From positions 111,974,001 through 112,038,000 of the forward strand of contig NC_087436.1 in the NCBI RefSeq assembly GCF_036321535.1: a stretch of 64,000 nt of DNA. Reading direction: 5' to 3'. The position numbers and the translations under genes are program-made. Numbering within the stretch: the first letter of the stretch is position 1; each line of letters starts with the position of its first letter. Source of the stretch: Camelus dromedarius. Lineage: Eukaryota. The notes beneath the pieces were generated by a model. It worked only from the letters and a program-made list of their open reading frames with translations, did no database searches and was not told the origin of the DNA. Of this stretch, positions 51,601-64,000 are shown piece after piece.

Positions 51601-52867
51601 ATGATTTGTGTAACCTCAGCAGCTAACCCAGAGCATTACTAACATCCCCGCTGCCTTTCCCCCCAACCTGAAAAAGTCTGCCATTGCAGAGAAACCAGGT
51701 AGAAAGGGATGGATTTGCATAATTCAGTTTCCTAAGTGCAGAGTGTTCATGTCCAACTTGCATTGGTTTTGCTTTGTTGCCAAACTCCTTTGCAGGGAAT
51801 AATGCATCCCACTTTCCCCCGCCCCCGTCCTGGTCTCTAACAGCTGATACTTCAGATGTATGTATTTGTTTATACAGACAGATGAGAAACCATCCCAGCT
51901 TTCTCCTATCAAAATATGCCTTTCTGTATTAGGCAGTGTCTCACATTTTCCAATTTGACTTCTGTATAGAACTGTAGCTGGAGATGCTAATGAGTTTGCC
52001 AAAGCAGTTTCAGGCTTCTGTACTGTATAAATCCCATTCTGTCCATGCACAATAATTAAGGTTATTAATGAGGGCCTGAATTAGTAGAAAAACAGTATAC
52101 TGAGCCACTGTGATTTGCTTGATGTCGGTTAATAATCATACATTATGTAGCATTTGCAGCCTCCTTGGGTTCTAGAATAGACGCGATGGTGGCAAAGAGC
52201 ATTGTGATCAAATCGCGCTAATGAAGTAACATTTGGAGCTCGGCGGGGGGTAAAAAGAAAGGCATTGTTATTGTGAGTGCCATAGTATTGTCCTTTACCA
52301 TTTTAGGATGTATTGAAATGCATAAGTAATAATTGTATTTGCATTTATATGAGAAAGCTCCGACCAAGTCCCGGGCGTCTTTGAAAAGGCAAGACTGGGA
52401 GGTGAAAATCATAAATCCGGGTGTCTTGAAACAGCATTCTTTGAGGAAGGAGACTTTTTTTCTCTGTGCAGCAGGTTCGAATCTATAATGAGACAGATTA
52501 GAATCTGAGCAGCTCCAGATTGATAGGCTAAATTGTTTATACTAAATTGCCTTGAAGAAACAGATCTGCCGTTCAAGGCAAGGCCTCTGAATTCCTGTTG
52601 GGACATTCTCAAAATCTTCCCCACAGTCTGAAAGGCCAACTGGGTGAGTTTTAAAAAAGGAGTCTGGATTTGCCTCAGATAGCTTTGGATTTGTATCGGT
52701 TTGCTTTTCTAAAGTGACTGCTTTAGAATGGAGGCGGGCAGACCCAGATGGCCAAAAGAAAAATTCTCCAAGAATGTTACAAGCTGAAGACAGCCTCAGC
52801 CAGAACAAGGGGTTTGGAATTTGAAGCAGGCAGAGGAGGCCCCCAAAGACTTTAAGGAAAGTCTGAG

Positions 52868-53269
52868 TATATTAGGCAACTTGGGCTGCCCTAACTAAAT
52901 ACTCTGGACTGGGTGCCTTGGGTAGCAGGAATTAATTTTCTCATGCTTCTGGAGGCTGAAAAGTTCAAGATCAAGGTTCTGGCTGATTTGATTCCTGGTG
53001 AGAGCTCTCTTCCTGGCTGCTGTCTTGCTGGGTGCTCACATGACCCCTTCTTTGTGAGCACACAGTAGGAGGGGCGGAGCCTTCCAGCACCTCTTCTTAT
53101 AAAGGCACTAATCCCATTATAAGGACCTCATCCTCATAACCTCTTCTAATCCTAAGTACCTCCCAAAGGTCCCAGCCTCAAATATCGTCACACTGATGAT
53201 GATGCAGCCCTGGTGAGGAGTTCAGCATATGAATTTGGGGAGGTCGGGGACACAATTAAGTTCATAGCA
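52868..53269 (-). mobile_element. MaLR solo LTR, MLT1A-like
   Basis: tatattagg...ttctggaggctgaaaagttcaagatcaagg...gcatatgaatttgggg...ttcatagca. Near-identical 5-bp TSD ctgag/atgag. Confidence 0.88.
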
Positions 53270-53339
53270 ATGAGTAAACCTAGATGCCAGTGGTTGCAAT
53301 AAGTCTGTGCCAAATGCAAAGCTGGCCACGTGTTTTAAT

Positions 53340-53432
53340 TCTGTTTCAACCCAGTCTGTTCCATTTCATTCTATTTCAACCCATCCTATTCCACTCCCAT
53401 CCACTCTGTTCCATTCCTCTGCACTCTACTTC
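53340..53432 (+). repeat. Degenerate (TTCCA/TTCTA)n-like pentamer tract
   Basis: tctgttccatttcattctatttcaacccatcctattccactcccatccactctgttccattcc. Confidence 0.55.
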
Positions 53433-53894
53433 AACAAAGGCCTCCCTGAAGCCCACCTATGAGCCCAGAACACTGTTTTATTTGACTCTCTCTTTTTTCC
53501 TTTTTCTTCTGTCCTTTCCCTTCCTACTGATTCCTTTCGGTGACCAAGAGCAATGTGCTTATTTGTTTTCTCCCTTCCTTCCCTCTGTCTCTCCAATTCC
53601 AACTCCTTTGGGGAAGCACTGGGAAAGCTTTGTCCAGCAAACAGGAATTTAAACTAAACTCTGCTTTTTACATTCCATAAGGCTTCCAAGAAGTCACTTG
53701 AACTCCAAGTTGCCGTGTTCCTGACAATCAGTGGGGACAGAAACAATGATAATACTCAACAGAACAGGGTTGTAGTATGTATTAGGAATGTCTCAGAATG
53801 AGGAGCTTAGTACCTGGTGTCAGGCATTGCAATGATGAATGAGACATGACCGTCTTATTCTGGGGATTTCTTGGCCCCGCATGGGTAGCAGCGA

Positions 53895-54150
53895 TGAGAG
53901 AAGATGAGTGTACTGGGTCAGCCCTGGTGCTCTGAAGTCAGCCTGTGTGAATTTAAATGCCAATTCTATCCCATGCTTTCATATCTGGGCAAATGACTTA
54001 GCCCCTCTAAGCCTCCATTTCTCATCTGAAAAATAAGCTGATATTCATAGCCACCTTATAGAGTTTGAGGGAGGAATAAATGAGATTAATGTAGGTGAAG
54101 TGCTTGGTTTGGAGTACCTACTCTGTAAATATTAGCTAATACTATTATTA
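53895..54150 (+). mobile_element. MIR SINE
   Basis: ctgggcaaatgacttagcccctctaagcctccatttctcatctgaaaaat...aataaatgagattaatgtaggtgaagtgctt. Confidence 0.8.
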
Positions 54151-56118
54151 GGAAAAAAAACCTATAATGTGGTAAGTGGTACAGTTATTGTGTTTTCATC
54201 ACGCCCAGTTCACTAGGCTGGGCGTAAAATATTCAGAGATGAATAACAGTCTCTGCTCTCCTGGAATCCAGTGTCACAGAGGAGACAGGCATTAATCAAA
54301 GATTAGACAATGTACACTTGTCACTGTGATAACGGCTGAAGCAGAGATTTCTGGCACTCTGGGGCTGTGTAGAGGGGGCCTTGAGATTTGGGTGGGAGGC
54401 CCCAGAATTAAAGCAGAGTTACAAAAGACATGGACTCTGGACATCTTAGGATCCTCCCTATAATGCCAGTAATCAGGGGAAAGCTAGGGCCAAAAAAAAA
54501 AACCCAAGAAGGAACTGTCTCTTTCTGAGGTTGCCGGCCAGAATCTAGAATTCATTATCAACAAAACAAAAAGTAGAACAAAATGAGACAGCATAGACTT
54601 CAAGTACCTGGTTGATCACTTGCCAGCATTGTTTTCAGCCCAAGAAGAATGTGTTTCTTCAGGAAAAAACTCCGTCATGAGTGCAAATATTAGGAGGTGG
54701 TCTTGGTGATGCCCTGATATTTAACAGTTGCGTTACCACTGTTAGCTTCCCTCCCAAGGTGTTAAAAATCGATGCTAATGATGAAACACTTTGTGCCGTA
54801 GTGATTTTAGAATATCCCTATTGAAAACAAATGCAGGGGCGAAGTGTGCTCAGTGCCAGAGTCGTGTGTGCTCCTAAGAAAGATGATCTATTCCCCGCAG
54901 AGAAAGGAAAGAATTAGAAATGATAACCACTTTTTAAATACATCAGCTTGCTCATGTGTTGGTAGTAGTGTATTTTTTTTTATCAGCTTTTCAGCCAAAG
55001 CTTCATTTGATTTGTGCAGGGAGGTGTATAAGAGGGGAGGCCAGTGAGCTGATTTTTATGAAGTCCGTTTGTAGCTTAAACAAAGATGGGGGATTTGGAG
55101 GATAAAGGTGGCCTGAAATATAGCAGATTATGCAGCTTTATTTTTCAGAGACTTGCGAATTCCCCTCCTCCTCCTCCTGCTCTCTGGCTGAGCTAGTGGT
55201 TTTGTATTATTTCTTTCAGTTGCCATTCAAATAGAAAATGATAAGTTTTAAACTTGAATTTGGGGCTGAATTTCATGTAATCCAGCACCGTTACCTTGAC
55301 CGATCCTCTGTAAACAAATATATGTTACTTTCAACAGTGTTGCCTTATGATAAATAATAAGACACATCAAGGCTGAACTTACAAGGCCTCTTTTATTACG
55401 AGAAACAGAATTCGCAGCACGAGAAGAGAGGGCTAGCAGGTTTGTGTTTGTGTTTTTAACGTGAAAGATGATGCTTGCTTTGAAATCTGAAATCATTTGA
55501 AATACAATAAGAAAGGAGAAGCACTTGAATTTTCTGGGAGGCAAAGACTCTGGCTTTTTCTGTGTTAATTCCAGGGCTTTTCTGTATTTTTAGGATCTGG
55601 TTAATGATGACTGGACCAGTTTTCACATATTAGCAGACCATAGATCGATATCCAAGTCCTCCCAATAAAAAAAAATCTCATTTGATTTTTAAATGTGGCT
55701 TTAATTTCTTGATGGGGTTTAGCACTTTATTTGCAAGCAGTCTGCTGGGGCAAAAAGTCTTGAGGAGCCTTGAGGATGCTTATCCCCTCCTTTACTTGTC
55801 ATCGATCATCACTGTCTCTCATTTAACAAATATTTGTTGTGCTCTCATCTTGCACAAAGCCTTGGCTGTACCTGTTAAGGGACACAGGGATGCATATGAT
55901 CATGTGATGCGACCCTGTCCTCAAAAGGAAACCATTCTAGTGGTAACCTTCGGAGACTGACGGACCGGGATATTTTTACATTGCATCAGCCAAAAATTAC
56001 ATCAGTATGAAGGACAGACGTATTATATTGGTTATTGTGCTGTGTGATCATGACATTTGCATTGTAAATACATCATTGACTATTAATCATATAGTCAATG
56101 GATATATAGTCTGTGTAT

Positions 56119-56122
<4 letters not shown>

Positions 56123-56156
<34 letters not shown>
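56123..56156. repeat. (TA)17 microsatellite
   Basis: Perfect TA run. Confidence 0.95.
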
Positions 56157-56159
<3 letters not shown>

Positions 56160-56236
56160 GACAGTCATGAGGTATCCATTTAAACAAAAAAAATTATACT
56201 TTTTCCCTTTTTGACTTGCAGGTTTTTGAACGCTTT

Positions 56237-57558
56237 CCTTTTTTTTTTTTTTATTGAAGCATAGTCAGTTTACAATATTGCATCAATTTCTGGTGTACAG
56301 GAACATACATACAGGAACATACATATATTCGTTTTCATATTCTTTTTCACCGCAAGTTACTATAAGATGTTGAATATAGTTTCCTGTGCTATACAGTGTA
56401 AACTTGTTGTTTATCTATTTTATATATATTAGTATCTGCAGATCTCTAATTCCCAATTTATCCTTTCCCACCCTCTTCCCCACCAGTAACCATAAGTTTG
56501 TTTTCTATGTCTGTGAGTCTGTTTCTGTTTTGTAAATAGGTTCATTTGTCTTTTTTTTTTTTTTTTTTTTTGGATTCCACATATAAGTGGTATCATATGG
56601 TATTTTTCATTCTCTTTCTGGCTTACTTCACTTAGATGGAAAATCCAGGTCCAACTATGTTGCTGCAAATGGCGTTATTTTATTCTTTTTTATGGCTGAG
56701 TAGTATTACATTGCATAAATATACCACAACTTCTTTATCCAGTCATCTGTCAATGGACATTTAGGCTATGTCCATGTCTTGGCCATTGTAAATAGTGCTG
56801 CTATGAACATTGGAATGCATGTATCTTTCTGAATTAAAGTTCCCTCTGGATATATGCCCAGGAATGGGATTGCTGGATCATATGGTAAGTCTATTTTTAG
56901 TATTTTGAGGAATCTCCATACTGTTTTCCATAATGGCTGCACCAAACTACATCCCCACCAAGAGTGTTGGAGGGTTCCCTTTTCTCCACAGCCTCTCCAT
57001 CATTTATTGTTTATGGACCTCTGAATGATGGCCATTCTGACTGGTGTGAGGTGATACCTCATTGTAATTTTGATTTGCATTTCTCTGATAATTAGCAATA
57101 TTGAATATTTTTGCATGTGCCCATTTGCCATTTGTATTTCTTCACTGGAGAATTGCTTGTTTAGGTCTTCTGCCCATTTTTTGGATTGGCTTGTTTGCTT
57201 TTTTTCTTATTAAGTTTTATGAGCTGTTTGTATATTCTGGAAATCAAGCCCTTGTCAGTCTCACCTTTTACAAATATTTTCTCCCATTCTGCAGGATGTC
57301 TTTTTGTTTTGCTTATGGTTTCCTTGACTGTGCAAAAGTTTATAAATTTAATTAGGCCCCATTTGTTTAGTTTTGCTTCTATTTCTATTGCTTGGGTAGA
57401 GTGCTGTAGGTGAACATTGCTGAGATTTATGTTGGATAACGTTTTGCCTATGTTTTCTTCTAAGAGATTTATAGTGTCTTGTTTTATATTTAAGTCTTTA
57501 AACCATTTTGAGTTTATTTTTGTGTATGGTGTGAGGGAGTGTTCTAACTTCATTGATT
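56237..57558 (-). mobile_element. Younger 5'-truncated L1 (~1.3 kb; ORF2 C-terminal part, 3' UTR, poly(A))
   Basis: Poly(T) at 56239-56252. Minus-strand ORF 57161-57553 (MKLEHSLTPYTKINSKWFKDLNIKQDTINLLEENIGKTL...WEKIF) is L1 ORF2. Possible degenerate TSD gtttttga.. at 56222 and 57562. Confidence 0.95.
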
Positions 57559-59539
57559 TTAGTTTTTGAGTGGTTAAACATATTTCGTGTTGATATTACG
57601 CTTTGCCTAATACTGTACTGAATTGTTTAATTCTCTCTCTTTTTGTATACTAAAAGGCAAGTTTCTGGGTGAGCTGATTTCTTTAAGCCTCTTGAGGGAA
57701 GACTCTATTTCTCACATGTCTTCCTGCACGAAGAATTTGCCCTGCCTCAGCTGCCAAGTTTTCCCGTGCTTTTCTGTTCAGTTTTCATTGTTCATTCCTT
57801 TCCCCTCCACATTATGCCCATATTATGCTTCTTTTCCTCTCCCCAACACCCATCCCATTTCCTTATTCTTTTAATTAAGCCCTTTCATCCTCATGTGCAA
57901 AATTAAGCAACAAACACAACTTGCAGAAATCTGGAGAGCACTGGATCCCCGGGGAAATTCTTTGCTTGCTCTCCAGCGGACGTAGTTAAGAGGAGGACAG
58001 TCCATCAGTGGCTGATCTTATAGCCTTGGGAATATTTATAAGTAAACCTTCCTGAGTTTCCATTTACCTGTAAAACTTGGGCTGGATAATATCCGGGGCT
58101 CCTTGTCACATTAACGTTCTATTATTACATGTCCATCTATTTTACTAAAGAGGATCTGCCTCCACTTTGAAAAGCAAAACAAAGAAATGAAAAGCAAAGA
58201 CTTACCCAAACTTGGGAAATTAGGGTGTTTAATGTTAGGGTAGGAAGAGTGAGCTATTAGATTAAAATTAGCTTGAGGGAGATATAAGGAAAGAGACTCT
58301 GGGAATTAGTAGGGCAAAATAAGTATTTCATAGATGCTGAAAGGTCTCTCTCTTTAAAAGCAAAATGTTGTCTGTTGTGTTTGAAGAATAATTCAGGATG
58401 CAAGAAGGGTAAAGCTCAGTGAGGAGCGCCTTGGACAAAGGGATTCTGAGCCACATTTCCACTGCTTTTCCCACACCCTGGTCTTCCCAGTTCACAAAGA
58501 GTGATGTAAATTGTACCTCGACCTGCAGGCAGGCTCCATGGACAGAGACATCTGGCCTGGCTTTTCATCACCCCAATACACCAACTTTTTCATTTGGAAA
58601 TTGCCAAGGTGGTTTCTTTCTCTGTGCAGAAACTCCACTGTGCCTCCCCTGGGGGCATCATCTGGGTAACATTGCCCTTTTCGTTCCAGTTTCTTTTGGC
58701 TGCATTCTGCATCCTCTTAGAGTCAGGGAATTAGGAATCTGTGCCTCTGGGAGCATCTACCTGACTTACTGGTTCTGCTTCTATGTTACACCAAGAGGAA
58801 ACAGCACCTTTGCCCATCATTTCAGCGTGTTTCAGTGGATGTATCAGTCTATACGGTTACTTATGAAATAACCTGCCATCAAACCACCATAATTATGCCA
58901 ATTTTCTAAAGCAACCTGACCCACACTATTGTGAACATTGTTAAAAAATAATTATACACATACACCTAGAATGTACATATACAATTTCCGTGTTCCAGAT
59001 TTCTTACTGTTAGGGGCTATTTAAAGCTTTTGAAAGAGATCCAGTCTTTTCTGGAAAATGTGCAAAGATGGATTCGGGATGGTTTTGTCATCTGCTGAAG
59101 ATTTTTCTCTTTCTTTGCTTTAATTCTGACCATCATCCAAAGACACCCTAAACAGCCATTGGACACACATTATTGGTAAAGACTGTCAGGTTGTAAACAA
59201 CTGCAGGCTGGTCTTCCTTCCCCTTAAAGCCTTCCTTGTAGATAAGATCTTGTGATTCCGCTAAGGTGGTGTAAATAGCTTTTCACTGTCAGCACTTTAC
59301 TTAATTCAAATGAACATTTCCTGCCTGTTGTGCAGTTGACCAATGATAGACTCTAGATACTAATTTGGATTTGAACAAACTCAAGGAACTTCATTCTGGT
59401 GCTGCAGTTTTTCACCATCCTTCCTGCCTCCTGTTATTTTGCATTTGTCAAAATATAAATGTATTCGTTGAGCACCTGCCTGTACCTGGTACATTCGTAG
59501 GTACCAGTGAGTGTCATCTTCACCATAACTCTCCTAGTT

Positions 59540-59675
59540 TGGAATTACAGGTATTCATCAAGTGAGGACCCAAGACTCAGAAGTTAGATCACTTGTCCTG
59601 GGACACTGAGTGAGTGGTAAAACTGAGTTCGAACCCAAGTTTTTTTATTCCTAAGTTCAGTCTTTGCTTCACTAA
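59540..59675 (-). mobile_element. MIR SINE fragment
   Basis: gactcagaagttagatcacttgtcc...gagttcgaacccaag. Confidence 0.7.
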
Positions 59676-59974
59676 GCCACCCACACAAATACTGATAGTA
59701 TGTGACATGTTTTCATGTGGTAACTGAATGAATAGATTGAATTTAACAGATATTTAGTTTAATGTATATTAGAAAATGACTAGTGTATCACTCTTTAAGA
59801 TAGAAGTGTGAAAATTTATTTTTAAATAAAATTTTAAAAATTTTCTAAAGAATATATTTAAAGAAAATATTAAATGAACAATAATTCATTGGTTAAGTGG
59901 GATATACAACCATATATATAAAATATATGTGTATACAGATATTGGATATATATATCTATAAATATATATACCAA

Positions 59975-60490
59975 CACCAACCAAATAAGGAAAGTAAAGG
60001 TTGTTTATTCAGAGCCTACTCCAGTGAGAAAATCAGCCACCATCACTTCGTTTTGGCAGGACTGGGAAAGCTTTTAGTGGGAACCAGGAAGGTTTCAGAT
60101 GTGCCCTGATTAGAGGCTCTTGCCACGGGGAAGCGGGAGGAGGGCTAACTAGACGTGGGGCATCCCATGTAACGGATTAGGGGTGCAAATTTGGCTTTCT
60201 CTGGTTGGCCTTAAGTTGGAATTGGGGACAAAACCTAAGGAATAATCAAGTAATCAGTTATTAATCAAGTTCTGGCCAATTAAACTGATTGTTACAGAAG
60301 CTGTTGTCTAGCTTTTTGGGTTGTCGCTAGAGAGAGTGATCAGGCTTCCTGCAAGTCTGGTTCCAGCAGGCTGGCTTCCTGGGCCATTTGTTGTAGGTAA
60401 GTGTTGGGTCTCTGGGCAGGTTGGGGCAGGCTGTGGGTCAAAGTTCTATTTTTATATGTAGTCTGGCCATTGTCTTTTTGTATATTTTTT
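59975..60490 (-). mobile_element. Probable ERV solo LTR (family not assigned)
   Basis: ~500-bp block with minus-strand AATAAA (tttatt at ~60005) and LTR-like ccctgattagagg, ggctttctctggttgg and gcaggctggcttcctggg motifs. Resembles laurasiatherian ERV1-class LTRs from memory. Confidence 0.6.
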
Positions 60491-61724
60491 CTCTCCCTCC
60501 CTCTGTCCTTCCCTCCCCGCTTCTCTGCCTACCTTCCATCCAGATAGATAGACATTTAAATATTTTATGTAGCAATTTCTTGCCATTACTAGTAACTCAA
60601 GTGTATGCCTGTGAATAGGTGTCGGTAGCCTTGAATTCTCCAAGAAGCTGTTCTGCTTCTCCTGTGGACATGCAGTAGCAAAAGACAGAACCAGACAACT
60701 CCTTATTAAAATCGAACTTTTTTATTTCTCTGGCCGAGTAAACAGACCTCAGACTATGATTCCACCAATGATGGGCGGTGTCACTATCTGCAAATCATTT
60801 TATATCTCTGGATTTCCCTTCCTATGTCTCTAAAATAAAGATTTGAATACCTCTCAGTGAACTAGGTGACAAGAACAATACATACAGACATTGGTCAGTA
60901 CCTCCTAAGTGCTCACCCACCTCTTGGGAAAGATTCTCTATGAATTCTTTAATTATTCATTATGCAACATTTTTGAGTCTCAAAGGCCAAATCTGAGGAG
61001 GAAGTGGACTCAGATTTGTATACAGTCTCTCCCTCCCTGTAATTTGGGTTTGCTTTATGCTGGGCTGGGAGTATCTAAAAAGTCTTGACATGGCTCAGAA
61101 GGTACAGATTGTAAACGCAGTTCTGGGAGGGGCGTCTCCCGGGGGGCTGACTTGGATTTCTTACTTTGCTGTGGCCCAGGTGAGGGAGCATCGCAGGCAG
61201 AAGAAACTTGAAATGGGACTAGAAAGAAGCTTCTGAATGTAGTGCTGGCTTCATTCACTCAGCAAGCAGACAAAGTGCTCCTTCAGTCTGGCCCCATCAC
61301 TGCAGGCTCAGGTGAATGAGACAGGATTCATGACTTTGAGAGAAACCCCGAGAGGCAAGCCTTCAATCACACAACTACCCAGCTGCCAGCACGAGGGGAA
61401 TTTCCCTTCCACCCATGTGCCCACAATTTCCCCTGCATCCAATGAACCCCTATTGCTCAGACCACTTCTTCTTAGTGTTGGAGCATAGGTACCAAATGTC
61501 ATGGCAAAAAAAAAAACAAAAAAAAAAAACTTCACATCCTATTGGTAGTTTTCTTCACATTTAAAGAACATTCATGTTTAGAACAAGCCATAGGCCAGAA
61601 AACCGACCAGAGGTGGACTTTGGATTATCAACCTACAGTTGCACATAAATTTATCGCTATTATAACAAGCCCCTTAAAAAAGATGTTTAATATTTGTATG
61701 ATGAGAAGTATTGTATCCGTCCAT

Positions 61725-62060
61725 TTATTTACCTACAGTCTTTGACTACAATGCGCGAGGCACCACTGTAGGCACTGAGGATACATGACAGGTTCTAACT
61801 TTGTGGCTCCTTCATCTGAGTGGAGGAAAAGCAGGCTACCTCAGAATATGCTGTGCGCCTTTCAGGTCAGAGAAAATGCCATGCACAGGAAGAGGTAGCC
61901 AGCGGGGAGGGCGCTGGGAGTGACAGCATTGCTCCCGGCTGGAGGTGGTCCGTGAAGGACTCTCACTGACATCTTAGCAGAGATAGACAGTGAGTCATGA
62001 GGACCTGAGTAAAGGCTCTTTCAAGCAAGAGAACAGGAAATTCAAGGTCCTGAGGTTAGG
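61725..62060 (-). mobile_element. L2 LINE 3' region
   Basis: ccatttattt...cactgtaggcactgaggatac...gagaacaggaaattcaaggtcctgagg. Confidence 0.6.
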
Positions 62061-62689
62061 GCCAAAGAAGTCAGTCTGATGGTGTAGGAGGAGGTGACTT
62101 CATGGGTGGCGGGGAAACGGGGCCAGGTTCCTATAATGCCTTATTCTCAAATATCCTTTCTGCCCCAAATTTTGTCACCATCAGGAAGTGTCAACACTTG
62201 TACAGCTTATATGCTATTAAATAAGTACCTATGGATAAATACAGTATTTATTGAGCACCTATTATGTTACAGCTTCTCAGGTCACACAAAAATGAACAAG
62301 TAAGTCATGGTCTAAACCTAGAAGAGTTAGCCACCAAGTAGGTAAAGAAGGCAAGTGAATGACAGTACCATATGTTGTGATGAGGGCCAAAGCCAGGACT
62401 GAAAACACTGCCCATCTCACGCAGGAGACACAGGCTCACCTGCATATATACAGACACAGGGCATATATGCATATGTATATACATATACATTCATATACAT
62501 TATACAGGGTATAGAGGGGACAACATTTGATCTGGGTCTTGAAGGATAAATACTTCTTGAAATGGGCATCCATTCTGAGGCTTTAAAATTGTTTATTTAA
62601 CAGATATTTTGCGATATTGTAGAATCGCAGAATAAGCACTAAAGGATGCTGAGAGAACGTATAATTCAACCCTCACACTTCCTAGCAGT

Positions 62690-62925
62690 GAGTCAGTATA
62701 GTGTGATGACTGAGAGTGTGAGTTGGAATCTTATTTGCCTCCACTCTAGACCCTGCTTTGGCACATTGCTTTCAATGCCTTACTTTTGTCATCTGTAAAA
62801 TGGAGTTGCTAATTATACCTAGTTTATTAGGTTGTTGAGAGGATCCTGTGAGATAAATTGCAAAAGTGCTTGAAGAGAAGTAACCAAGACATAGTAAGAA
62901 AGCTTTCAACGAGTAGTAGCTGTTG
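62690..62925 (+). mobile_element. MIR SINE
   Basis: cagtatagtgtgatgactgagag...tcatctgtaaaatggag...gttgttgagaggat. Confidence 0.8.
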
Positions 62926-62929
62926 CTAG

Positions 62930-63045
62930 GATACGGAAACTGAGAAACAGAGATGTTAAATAATTTGCCTACCGCCTCATAGGTAATTGTTGACAGACTC
63001 GGATTAGAACCCAAGTCTTGTACTTTTCTAGTCCAGAGGTCTCTC
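62930..63045 (-). mobile_element. MIR SINE fragment
   Basis: ggaaactgagaaacagagatgttaaataatttgcc...ggattagaacccaagtc. Confidence 0.75.
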
Positions 63046-64000
63046 CCAGACATGGCATTTTGTTCTGTCTTGAATTAGTTTTGTTGTTTTAATTTTTTAT
63101 TTAAACAAAATAGAAACGAAGTTAAGCTTTTTCTTACTCTGCTGAGCCCTGGTTCGTGATTTAAGAAATTCATACTTTATCTCCAGTTCCCTAAAATTCT
63201 TTGAAGCTACCTCCAAAGGGCACTGTCCCTTCCCTCTCTAGCCTTTTGGCTTATATCATCTAGAATCTATCCTGCAGCCCAACCCTATCAAGAGAGCAAA
63301 TGCAGAGCTTCAGGGATGAGATACGGCAAGGAGCCTCCCCGTGTCGGGAGGTGTGATGCGAGCTGTCTTTATGACGCAAAGCACTCTTGTCTATGAAAAG
63401 GTAATGAGCTTCACAATTTAGGTTTGCTAACCCATATACTATGGCAGCTTTTGTGTGCAATAATTTTGCCCTTTTCTGCCTCAGATTTTCATTTAGATGG
63501 TCTGAACTTCAGCGAGTCCAGAGGAAAATTAAAAATATATATTGATGCTAATTCCTATTAATAGTTTAATCGATTCTAATTAATTTAATATAGAGATTTT
63601 TTTTTAAATAGGAGAACCAGAATTCTGTCAAGGAAGTGGATATTTTTTTCAGCAAAAGTCACCTCTTAATCATGGAGCAAGCGGAGCACAAGATTTAACG
63701 GCAACATGTGAACATTTTTGGCCCTTACCTGCTGTTTTGGATGATCTGTCCATTTGCTCCAGCTATCAGAGTGGGTAATTGAGAACTGACTCCGATTTAA
63801 CTTGCATTTTTTATGAGCCTGTTTATGGATCTTTGTAGTCACCCTTGAGGAAGGAGGCCACAAAAGAAAAGGCTCATTGATTTACTTCTAATTTTGCAAA
63901 AAGTCCAAGCCTGCATGTACTCAGTCATTTGAGGACAGTTTTATCAGCAGTTTAAAAATGATATTATGCAGACTAAGTATGTAAACGGCCAGAATACAGA

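Larger units (their letters stand above)
29619..64000 (+). other. LDB2: LDB2 intron downstream of the exon (5' part)
   Basis: Begins with GTAAGA. The next expected coding sequence (TIGRTLIPRYF...) was not seen in the window. Confidence 0.8.

Noticed and set aside
57101..57553. ORFs overlapping 57.1-57.55 kb as genes
   Set aside because: L1 ORF2 fragment and its antisense frames in a 5'-truncated element.
62690..63045. Adjacent opposite-orientation MIRs as an RNA hairpin (also 3040-3435)
   Set aside because: The copies are too diverged for a long stable duplex, and such pairs are common.
1..64000. CRISPR array, prokaryotic or viral cassette, processed pseudogene or other foreign insert
   Set aside because: No regularly spaced direct repeats, operon-like ORFs or non-L1 protein homology seen. 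Composition is consistent with mammalian intron throughout.

Overview
Mammalian genomic DNA, most likely a camelid (alpaca, llama or camel), judging by a Vic-1-type tRNA-Ala-derived SINE at ~11.7 kb. The window appears to lie inside the LDB2 (LIM domain-binding 2) gene on the + strand. The only host coding sequence I can support is one 103-nt internal exon at 29516-29618 (DSDNLWWDAFATEFFEDDATLTLSFCLEDGPKRY, canonical AG/GT), which the ORF track misses. The rest is intron: MIR and L2 relics, MaLR/ERV solo LTRs, hAT MITEs (MER20, MER53), old and younger L1 fragments, microsatellites, and several repeat-poor blocks rich in transcription-factor motifs that look like enhancers. Apart from the L1 ORF2 fragments, the listed ORFs look spurious. 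I found no evidence of a new gene or biological system. The best leads are a PBX-MEIS/E-box cluster 2 kb downstream of the exon, an unusual splice architecture (91-nt AG-free zone), inverted L1 copies bracketing the exon, and a SINE whose tRNA head is followed by a Pol III terminator. Repeat family names come from recalled consensus sequences, not database searches. Boundaries of old repeats are approximate.
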